From a virus, in the IMG/VR virus record IMGVR_UViG_3300045988_065468, positions 1 to 47,284 of that record: a DNA stretch of 47,284 nt; one strand, given 5' to 3'. How positions within the stretch are numbered: position 1 is the first letter of the stretch; each line of letters starts with the position of its first letter. Below are positions 15,322-22,020 of this stretch, one piece after another. The notes under the pieces are model-generated. The model was not told where the DNA came from. It worked only from the letters and a program-made list of their open reading frames with translations, and ran no database searches. The translations under genes were made by a program, and so were the position numbers.

Positions 15322-15876
15322 ATGGGAAAAACAACAAATAAAAAGAATGTAGAACTCAATATTGTTTATAGAAATATCAAGGAACTAAAACCATATAAGA
15401 AGAATGCAAAGAAGCATCCAAAAGAACAGGTTGAACGAATAGCAAACAGCATTAAAGAGTTTGGGTTTACACAGCCAGTGATTATTGATACCAATAATTG
15501 TGTTGTTGCAGGACACGGAAGAATCCTTGGAGCAAAGAAAGCAGGATTAAAACAAGTGCCAACTGTTATGTTGGAAGATTTAACAGAAGAACAAATCAAG
15601 GCATATAGGTTGGTAGATAACAAATTGAATGAAAGCGAATGGGATTTTAGTTTGTTGGATGAAGAACTAGGAATACTATCAGACGATATTGATATGGAGT
15701 TGTTTGGTTTTGACGAAGATATGTCAGATGAAAAACTGGAAAAGAAAAAAATCGAATTTGAAATAAAAGAGAAATATGAAGTTCATATAATTTGTAAAGA
15801 TGAAAAACAAATGGAACAAGTTTATAATAAAACGAAAGGACTTGGAATGGAATGCAAGTTAGTTTCAACATTGTAA
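15322..15876 (+). CDS. ParB-like nuclease (ParBc/Srx) domain protein
   Basis: LKPYKKNAKKHPKEQVERIANSIKEFGFTQPVIID..VVAGHGRILGAKKAGLKQVP..YRLVDNKL is the canonical ParB N-terminal domain pattern. Confidence 0.8.
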   Translation: MGKTTNKKNVELNIVYRNIKELKPYKKNAKKHPKEQVERIANSIKEFGFTQPVIIDTNNCVVAGHGRILGAKKAGLKQVPTVMLEDLTEEQIKAYRLVDNKLNESEWDFSLLDEELGILSDDIDMELFGFDEDMSDEKLEKKKIEFEIKEKYEVHIICKDEKQMEQVYNKTKGLGMECKLVSTL

Positions 15877-16532
15877 AGAAAACAAAAATAAATGAAAGCT
15901 TTAGAACAAAAAAAATAAAATCTGATTTTGATTATAAACAAAACGAAACAGAAAATATATTTAGTGGAATAATTGAAACACCGAAGAAATGGAATATAGG
16001 TTGTATTGTAGGAGCAAGTGGTACAGGTAAAAGTACAATAGCTAAAGAAAAATTTGGAAAGTATTATGTTCGTGATTTTGTTTATGATGAAAACTCTGTT
16101 TTAGATAATATGAATGAAAATTGTACTGTAGAAGAAATAACAAAAATGTTTTATAGAGTTGGTTTTAGTTCAGTACCAGATTGGTTAAAACCTTATAATT
16201 TGTTAAGTACAGGACAAAAAATGAGAGTTGATGTTGCAAGGGCATTGCTACAAAATGATAAAGTTGTTTATGACGAATTTACTTCTGTTGTTGATAGAAC
16301 AGTTGCTAAAAACTTATGTATAGCACTTAATAAATATTTAAAACAATCAGATAAACAATTTATAGCAGTTAGCTGTCACAAGGACATAATTGAATATTTA
16401 CAACCAGATTGGATATTTGATACAGATACAATGCAAATGGTTTTTGTAAAAGCCCCAGACCAAAACAAAAATTCACAATTAGAAAATGCGAAAGAACGGA
16501 ATGGGGCAAATTTAGGAACTATCATTATTTGA
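15852..16532 (+). CDS. ABC-type (SMC/ABC-like) ATPase
   Basis: Walker A is VGASGTGKST, ABC signature-like is LSTGQKMRVDVARAL, Walker B is VVYDEFTSVVD. The last ~30 codons overlap the extended GNAT frame. Confidence 0.7.
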   Translation: MQVSFNIVKKTKINESFRTKKIKSDFDYKQNETENIFSGIIETPKKWNIGCIVGASGTGKSTIAKEKFGKYYVRDFVYDENSVLDNMNENCTVEEITKMFYRVGFSSVPDWLKPYNLLSTGQKMRVDVARALLQNDKVVYDEFTSVVDRTVAKNLCIALNKYLKQSDKQFIAVSCHKDIIEYLQPDWIFDTDTMQMVFVKAPDQNKNSQLENAKERNGANLGTIII

Positions 16533-16924
16533 ACACAGAATTATCTAGTTCAGCACAATGTTTTGGTTGTTATAATGAACAAAATGAAATTGTTGGTTTT
16601 TGTGCTGTGTTGCATCAACCACATAACAAAATACTTAATCTAAAAAGAGTGCATAGATTAGTTATATTGCCAGATTATCAAGGCATAGGGTTGGGAACAA
16701 TGTTTTTAAACATTATTGCTGAATACATAACTAAACAAGGAAATGAGTTTTGTATTGTTACGAGTGCTAAAAACATGATAGGTGCATTATATAAAAGTGA
16801 CAAGTGGTTTTGTACAGGATATCACAAAACCAATCCTAACGAAGGTAATATTCAAGATAATGAAACTTGCAGAACTGATAATTTGTGTGGTAGATTTATG
16901 TACAAAACAAAAACATATATGTAA
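16529..16924 (+). CDS. GNAT-family acetyltransferase (N-terminus probably extends upstream to about 16442 via a frame change)
   Basis: Motif A is RLVILPDYQGIGLGTMFLN. The same frame is open from 16421 and reads RPKQKFTIRKCERTEWGKFRNYHYLNTE. The annotated start is only a TTG. Confidence 0.7.
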   Translation: MNTELSSSAQCFGCYNEQNEIVGFCAVLHQPHNKILNLKRVHRLVILPDYQGIGLGTMFLNIIAEYITKQGNEFCIVTSAKNMIGALYKSDKWFCTGYHKTNPNEGNIQDNETCRTDNLCGRFMYKTKTYM

Positions 16925-16952
16925 GGCAGGTTGAAATATACCTGCTATTTTT
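16925..16952 (+). terminator. Intrinsic terminator
   Basis: Stem gcaggt/acctgc, 8-nt loop, then tattttt. Confidence 0.6.
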
Positions 16953-16990
16953 ATGTTCTAAAGCAAATTAAAAAAAGTTTTAAAAAGTTG

Positions 16991-17018
16991 TTGACTTTCT
17001 GCTATGTTGTGTTATAAT
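16991..17018 (+). promoter_or_regulatory. SigA-type promoter (TTGACT-N16-TATAAT, TGn)
   Basis: gtTTGACTttctgctatgttgtgtTATAATataatc. Confidence 0.6.
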
Positions 17019-17066
17019 ATAATCATCAAAGGAAATAAGAAAACAAAAAGAGAAGGAGAGAACAAA

Positions 17067-17219
17067 ATGAAGAAAGAGTTTATCAAAAACAATAATTTAA
17101 CAGGAATGGTTAGAGAACTTGTAGATGGTTTAGGAATGAACAGTGTAGATGCAATTGAATATGTTTATTATATGAAAACAATGAGCAATGAAGAGTTTGC
17201 TGAAAAATATTTAAAATAA
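17067..17219 (+). CDS. Hypothetical protein (50 aa)
   Basis: ATG at 17067 follows gaaggagagaac, giving MKKEFIKNNN. Confidence 0.5.
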   Translation: MKKEFIKNNNLTGMVRELVDGLGMNSVDAIEYVYYMKTMSNEEFAEKYLK

Positions 17220-17252
17220 TTATTGACAGAGCAAGCAAAGGAGATGTAAGAA

Positions 17253-17408
17253 ATGAAGAACAAAGAGAGATATGCAAAGGAGATAATAGAGATTGCGTGT
17301 AGTGGTGGTAGTATTGCAGTAACCAAGGAATGTATGCGCATAGAACCGTGTGGTAGCACTTTTTGCAATAAATGCTTATTTTATGCTAATAATTGTAAAG
17401 AAAAGTAA
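17253..17408 (+). CDS. Small Cys-rich protein (51 aa); likely the 5' part of a gene continued by 17462..17722
   Basis: Reads MKNKERYAKEIIEIACSGGSIAVTKECMRIEPCGSTFCNKCLFYANNCKEK, preceded by RBS aaaggag. The -1 frame is open from 17399 and reads RKVREWAESEYIEQ into the next ORF. Confidence 0.5.
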   Translation: MKNKERYAKEIIEIACSGGSIAVTKECMRIEPCGSTFCNKCLFYANNCKEK

Positions 17409-17461
17409 GAGAATGGGCAGAATCAGAATACATTGAACAAGCAAAAATATCAAAAAGAGAC

Positions 17462-17722
17462 ATGGCGTTTTTGGATTATCTCAGAGAAGAATACAAGTTT
17501 GTTGCAAGAAATGAAGATGGTAAGTTGTTTGCATACAGTTCAAAACCGTATAAGGATAAAAACTTTAAGTGTTGGTGTGTTTATGATTGTATTAATAATC
17601 GATTGATTCTAAATTACAACGTTGATTTTCCAATGATTAAATGGGAAGATTCTGAACCGTGGAAGATTGAGGACTTAAAGAAGTTACAAGTTGTTGAAGA
17701 GTATGAAAAATGTTTAAATTAG
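17462..17722 (+). CDS. Hypothetical protein (86 aa); likely the 3' part of the split gene
   Basis: Track ORF with a weak RBS. The frame is open upstream to 17399. Confidence 0.5.
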   Translation: MAFLDYLREEYKFVARNEDGKLFAYSSKPYKDKNFKCWCVYDCINNRLILNYNVDFPMIKWEDSEPWKIEDLKKLQVVEEYEKCLN

Positions 17723-17725
17723 TTG

Positions 17726-17754
17726 TTGACTAATATAGAACAATATATTATTAT
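17726..17754 (+). promoter_or_regulatory. SigA-type promoter (TTGACT-N17-TATTAT), ...ATATAAGCAAGTTAAG class
   Basis: gtTTGACTaatatagaacaatatatTATTATataagcaagttaagag. Confidence 0.55.
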
Positions 17755-17798
17755 ATAAGCAAGTTAAGAGAGAACAAACATTGAAGGAGGAAACAAAA

Positions 17799-17930
17799 AT
17801 GAGTAATGCAGAACAATTAAATGAATATATTGAAGAATTATTCAATTATTGGAATGGTGAAAATGATGATTTTGAGCCTATTCCGATTTCAGAAGAAGCA
17901 GAAAAAGAAGCTTTAAAAGATAGCTTTTAA
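17799..17930 (+). CDS. Small acidic protein (43 aa)
   Basis: Not in the track. ATG follows gaaggagg. Reads MSNAEQLNEYIEELFNYWNGENDDFEPIPISEEAEKEALKDSF. Confidence 0.5.
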   Translation: MSNAEQLNEYIEELFNYWNGENDDFEPIPISEEAEKEALKDSF

Positions 17931-18092
17931 TTAATTTGACAGGTGTTAAAGTCATTAAAACACAGTGCTATCTCACAACTGGGTATGCAGTCAATTGAAA
18001 TGTGAGTATCGAAATGAAAAACATACAAGGTGTGATAAGTCGAACAATGTCACATGCGAACCACCTAGCGAAAGAAACATTGTTCGCAATAA

Positions 18093-18164
18093 TGCCCTAT
18101 AGTGTAAAGGTTAGCACACAAGAATTTGACTCTTGTAATATTGGTTCGATTCCAATTAGAGTAG
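18093..18164 (+). tRNA. tRNA-Gln (anticodon UUG)
   Basis: Hand-folded cloverleaf. Acceptor tgcccta/tagagta (U1-A72, one C-A mismatch at 4-69), D stem gtgt/gcac, anticodon stem caaga/tcttg with loop atTTGac, T arm attgg-ttcgatt-ccaat, discriminator G. 72 nt, no encoded CCA. Confidence 0.75.
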
Positions 18165-18264
18165 TTCGCACAATGTTCATATTTGTTGTGCGACATGATT
18201 AATTTCCTTATTATCTAAGATTGTGGTGGTGAGTAACACATACAGCCAGTGCGAAATCCACTGA

Positions 18265-18338
18265 GGGTCATTAGTTCAGTTGGTTAGAGCATTCGCCTCA
18301 TAAGCGAATTGTCGTAGGTTCGAACCCTACATGACCCA
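18265..18338 (+). tRNA. tRNA with CAU anticodon (elongator Met or lysidine-modified Ile2)
   Basis: Perfect cloverleaf. Acceptor gggtcat/atgaccc, D arm gttc-agttggtta-gagc, anticodon stem ttcgc/gcgaa with loop ctCATaa, T arm gtagg-ttcgaac-cctac. It lacks initiator hallmarks. Confidence 0.9.
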
Positions 18339-18395
18339 TTAGGAGTAAATCCTAGGAGCAAACAAAACATTTATTTAAGAAAGGGCGTAAAACAA

Positions 18396-18749
18396 ATGGA
18401 AGAAAAGAATATGAGAACAGAGGGAACAAAACATGAAGTAACAAATGAGCAGATTTTGGAACATCTGAAAGAGATTGAAATTGCACAAGGTTGTATTGCA
18501 AATGGAATCAATACATTGTTCAGCGTTATGATTAAAAGGAAGGAACAGTTAAAGTTAAGTAAGAGCGAAGATGAAATGATAGGATATGGAGAGATTGCAC
18601 TTGCTTGTATCACAGACCATATGTCTGATATTTCTGGAATGAATGAGAAATTAAATAGATGTGAGAAAGAGAGACGGGCAGAGGTTCATGTCGTAAGCAA
18701 AGAGAATATGAAAGGCTTCGTTGATTTCTTAAAAGAAATTTTTGAATAA
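18396..18749 (+). CDS. Hypothetical protein (117 aa)
   Basis: Track ORF with an ATG start. Confidence 0.5.
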   Translation: MEEKNMRTEGTKHEVTNEQILEHLKEIEIAQGCIANGINTLFSVMIKRKEQLKLSKSEDEMIGYGEIALACITDHMSDISGMNEKLNRCEKERRAEVHVVSKENMKGFVDFLKEIFE

Positions 18750-18752
18750 ACC

Positions 18753-18782
18753 TTGACGAACAATAATTGAATATGGTATAAT
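18753..18782 (+). promoter_or_regulatory. SigA-type promoter (TTGACG-N18-TATAAT, TGn) upstream of terL
   Basis: ccTTGACGaacaataattgaatatggTATAATatg. Confidence 0.55.
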
Positions 18783-18789
18783 ATGATAA

Positions 18790-18835
18790 ACAAAACAGAT
18801 AGGTTCTGCATATACTTGCGACTTATCTGTTTTGT
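18790..18835 (+). promoter_or_regulatory. 15-bp stem-loop in the terL 5' leader
   Basis: acaaaacagataggt (18790-18804) pairs with acttatctgttttgt (18821-18835), with one G-U pair and a 16-nt loop. Confidence 0.6.
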
Positions 18836-18862
18836 GTATATTAAAACAAAGGAGCAAAGAGC

Positions 18863-19915
18863 ATGGATGTAAACATTGAGGTGTCTAACAGATTTGCTTC
18901 TTTTCTAACCGATTGGGACTATGAACAATATCTGTTGTTGGGTGGATATGGTAGTGGTAAAAGCTATCATGCAGCATTGAAGATTATATTAAAACTTCTG
19001 GAAGAAAAAAGAACAGCACTTGTAGTAAGACAAGTAAGAGAAACAATCAAAGAATCATGTTTCGCACTGTTTAAAGAAATCCTTGAAAAGATGGGGTTGT
19101 TATCAGACGAAGCAGTGAGATTTAACAATAGACCGAAGGGTGGAAAGGTTGTTGCAATTTCTAGCCCACTAGAAATCCGTTTTCCGAATGGTTCAAGAAT
19201 CATATTCCGAGGAATGGATAATACGGAGAAAATCAAGTCCATTCATGGTGTCAGCATTGTTTGGATGGAAGAGTGTAGCGAAATCCGTTATGAAGCATAT
19301 ACCGAGTTGCTAGGGCGTATCAGAGAGCCTAAAGTGACGTTGCATTTTATAATGACAACAAACCCAGTTGGTAAGGAAAACTGGGTATACAATACCTTTT
19401 TTGTGCATACGGATGAAAAGGGGAAAGAAAAAGTAATACAGAACCCAGAGGAATTTTACAGACGTAGAACATTGGTGAACAAAAAGAATGGCGTATATTA
19501 TCATCATAGTTTACCAAATGATAACCCATTTTTGCCAGCGTCATACATTAAGCGTTTGGATAGTTTGAAACAAACAGACAAACAGTTGTGGGTTGTTGCA
19601 AGATGGGGAAGGTTTGGTGCAAATGGAACAAGAGTATTACCAAACTTTATTATTGCAAAGCACAGTAAGGAGTTCAAGAACAAAGTGAACAGCATATCAG
19701 CACAATATCATTTCTTTGGACTTGACTTTGGTTTTGAAGAGAGTTACAATGCACTTATCAGTTGTTGTGTGGATGATGCAAACAAAGTGCTGTACATTTA
19801 TGATGAAGTGTACATGAATCAGATAACAGATGATAGATTCTCACAGAGACAAGATGTTCGTGCAGTAGCAGAACGTGCAGGAAGGTGTGAAAAACCAATC
19901 TGTGCAGACAGTGCT
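18863..19915 (+). CDS. terL: Terminase large subunit, exon 1
   Basis: Walker A is LLLGGYGSGKSYHAA, Walker B-like is VSIVWMEECSE, nuclease motif is FGLDFGFEESYNALI. Homology-like sequence ends at ...PICADSA. The track ORF then runs into unrelated residues (KLLVLNHVKYWEALRALNTVA*). Confidence 0.85.
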
Positions 19916-20754
19916 AAACTTTTGGTACTTAACCATGTTAAATACTGGGAAGCCCTTAGAGCCTTAAATACCGTAGCGTGATAATTTTAAGGATTGGGTA
20001 ATCAGTAGTAGTTTAAAGTAAACGGAGGATTTTGATGTGAAAGTGAAACAAATAAATAAAATAAAAGGGTTTGAACATATAAACGATGGATATTATGTTT
20101 CTTATGATGGAAGAGTATTTTCTCTCAGAACAAACGGAGGAAAGGTTGTAGATGTATCTCATAGAAAAGAGTTAAAGCAGTATGAGAAAACAGGTGGTTA
20201 TTTGAATGTTGCTCTTACAACAAAACATAACAAAGTAAATTATGTTAGAGTAAACAGATTAGTCGCAAAGGCTTTTGTAAAAGGAGAAACATCAAAAAGA
20301 AAATATGTTAATCATGAAGACGAAAATAGAAAAAATAATAATGCAGATAATTTGTGTTGGGTAACTCCAAAGGAAAATAATGATTGGAGTTTATCAAAGA
20401 AAGTTTATATGTATGATAGCAACGGGTATTTTATAAAAAGTTATATCTCTACAAGAGAAGCATCTTATGATGGGTTTAATAAATCACATGTTGCAAATGT
20501 ATGTAGAGGAATTGAAAGACAACATAAAGGATATTTGTTCTCATATCAAAAACTAACGAAAGAACAAGCTATTCAACGACTATCGAAAACACATTATGTT
20601 AGATATCCAAAATGTAATGGAAGTGAGTAGAGTACACACAAGCGTGTGGAAAAGCATGGAGCAGAAATGCTAAGATATAGTCTAAACTTATATGAAAGTA
20701 TAAGCAGTTCATAAGAGAACGTGTATAGAGTAGCGATCTATGCAGAATCTATTG
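19916..20754 (+). mobile_element. Group I self-splicing intron (839 nt) carrying an HNH homing endonuclease ORF
   Basis: The exon ends in U. P1 pairs agtgcU (19910-15) with Ggtact (19924-29), placing a U-G wobble at the splice site. The last intron nt is G (20754). gctaagatatagtct (20678-20692) contains the AAGAUAUAGUC J8/7-P7 core string. Joining the exons restores ADSA-EPKTIQ in frame. Confidence 0.8.
20037..20630 (+). CDS. Intron-encoded HNH homing endonuclease (HNH_3 plus IENR/NUMOD-like)
   Basis: GTG follows ggagg. YYVSYDGRVFS, RVNRLVAKAF..VNHEDENRKNNNADNLCW, YDGFNKSHVANVCRG..HKGYLFSY. Same architecture as the N-terminal half of ORF 3945..5099. Confidence 0.8.
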   Translation: MKVKQINKIKGFEHINDGYYVSYDGRVFSLRTNGGKVVDVSHRKELKQYEKTGGYLNVALTTKHNKVNYVRVNRLVAKAFVKGETSKRKYVNHEDENRKNNNADNLCWVTPKENNDWSLSKKVYMYDSNGYFIKSYISTREASYDGFNKSHVANVCRGIERQHKGYLFSYQKLTKEQAIQRLSKTHYVRYPKCNGSE

Positions 20755-21060
20755 GAACCTAAAACAATTCAGTTTTACAGACAGCAAGGATACAACATGT
20801 ATGGTGCGAAAAAGTACATTGGAAGTCGATTACAAAACACAAAGAAGATGAAACGATTTAACAAGATAGTTTGTTCCCCTAGATGTAAGAACACAATCAG
20901 AGAGTTGAAAGACCTTACATATAAGAAGGATTTGAGAGGCAATGCAATTTATGATGAATTTAACATTGACCCACATACATTCTCTGCGTTATGGTATGCG
21001 TTGGACACATACACAGTAGCAGATGTGAAGGAAATTAAAACAAACAGTAAAGCAGGATAA
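20755..21060 (+). CDS. terL: Terminase large subunit, exon 2
   Basis: [55 protein letters not shown] matches the TerL C-terminal nuclease region pattern (aDsaEP..I..l...G..v..akK ... c.n...E...Y ... DalRYal). Confidence 0.85.
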   Translation, partial: EPKTIQFYRQQGYNMYGAKKYIGSRLQNTKKMKRFNKIVCSPRCKNTIRELKDLTYKKDLRGNAIYDEFNIDPHTFSALWYALDTYTVADVKEIKTNSKAG

Positions 21061-21338
21061 TGTTTCATGTGAAACGTGGGAAGGAGAACAGAGAGAGAAT
21101 GAACACATTGAGAAGTAAAACAAAGGAAGTAAAGAACATCAGAGATTTACAGAAACAGAGTTTGGAGAAATCAACAGATGATTACATGGTGGGGTTATAT
21201 AATGGGTTAGAGATGGCAACAGCGATTCTGGAAGGAAGAGAGCCAGAGTTCCTAACCTGTGTAAAAGAACCACCAGTGATAGAGAATGAAGAAGAACAGG
21301 CAGGACGAACAGTAGCAAATGGGATTCGTAGGAGGTAA
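21060..21338 (+). CDS. Hypothetical protein (92 aa)
   Basis: TAATG overlaps the terL stop. An alternative ATG lies at 21102. Confidence 0.45.
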   Translation: MFHVKRGKENRERMNTLRSKTKEVKNIRDLQKQSLEKSTDDYMVGLYNGLEMATAILEGREPEFLTCVKEPPVIENEEEQAGRTVANGIRRR

Positions 21339-21344
21339 GAAGAT

Positions 21345-21659
21345 GTGCAAGAAATATTGCTAGATACATACACAATAGCATTGCCCATCATACTTGGCTA
21401 TATAGTCTGGTTATTAAAACAAACAAACAGAAAGAGGGATGCAAACACAAGAGGAACAATGTTATTGTTAAGGGTTCAATTAATAGAATACCATGACAAG
21501 TATTGTGCTATGGGAATCATGCCATCGTATGTCTACCAAAATTTTTGTGAAATGTTTGAAGCATACAGAGCGTTGGGTGGGAATGGAATGATTTTAAAGA
21601 TGAAAAAGGAAGTCGACGAATTGGAAATAAGAAAGAAAGGATATGAACACGATGTTTAA
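21345..21659 (+). CDS. Membrane protein next to the holin (possible lysis accessory)
   Basis: GTG start. One N-terminal TM segment (YTIALPIILGYIVWLL) followed by a soluble domain. Confidence 0.45.
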   Translation: MQEILLDTYTIALPIILGYIVWLLKQTNRKRDANTRGTMLLLRVQLIEYHDKYCAMGIMPSYVYQNFCEMFEAYRALGGNGMILKMKKEVDELEIRKKGYEHDV

Positions 21660-21879
21660 AAACAATGTATTTAATGTATCAGTAGATACAAAAAAGTGGT
21701 TGAAGAAAGCGGGAGTAAGAGCAGTTAAAACAATGGCACAGACTTTTGTTGCAACAGTTGGAACGGCTACTGTTATGGGTGCAGTAAATTGGAAGATGGT
21801 ACTTTCTGCTTCTGTTTTGGCTGGTGTTCTTTCTGTTGCAACAAGTATTGCAGGTATTCCAGAAGTAGAAGCAGAGTAA
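21643..21879 (+). CDS. Holin (phi LC3 / Phage_holin_1-like)
   Basis: 78 aa. WLKKAGVRAVKTMAQTFVATVGTATVMGAVNWKMVLSASVLAGVLSVATSIAGIPE gives two TM segments and the r.lrTf.Qt pattern. It lies immediately upstream of the amidase. Confidence 0.65.
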   Translation: MNTMFKNNVFNVSVDTKKWLKKAGVRAVKTMAQTFVATVGTATVMGAVNWKMVLSASVLAGVLSVATSIAGIPEVEAE

Positions 21880-21900
21880 GATAAGAAAGGAGAACAGAGA

Positions 21901-22020
21901 ATGAATCCAAACGAAACAAATAGTATTGCAGGTATTGTACTAGAAGAATGCGAAACAATGAATGAAGAAACAATGAAAGAATTAAGCAATGGAAAGGGAG
22001 AGGGTGAAGATAATGAGTAA
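21901..22020 (+). CDS. Small acidic ORF (39 aa) between holin and endolysin
   Basis: Not in the track. ATG follows aaaggagaac. Reads MNPNETNSIAGIVLEECETMNEETMKELSNGKGEGEDNE and overlaps the endolysin start. Confidence 0.35.
   Translation: MNPNETNSIAGIVLEECETMNEETMKELSNGKGEGEDNE

Noticed and set aside
18093-18164. Possibility that the phage tRNAs signal stop-codon recoding (a suppressor tRNA).
   Set aside because: The anticodons are UUG (Gln, sense) and CAU. Long genes (tape measure, Pol III alpha, portal) are uninterrupted under the standard code. The broken genes are explained by frame shifts or an intron, not by in-frame stops.
18002-18202. 66-aa + strand ORF in the ORF track.
   Set aside because: It spans the hand-folded tRNA-Gln (18093..18164) and its flanking inverted repeats, has no RBS, and is almost certainly spurious.
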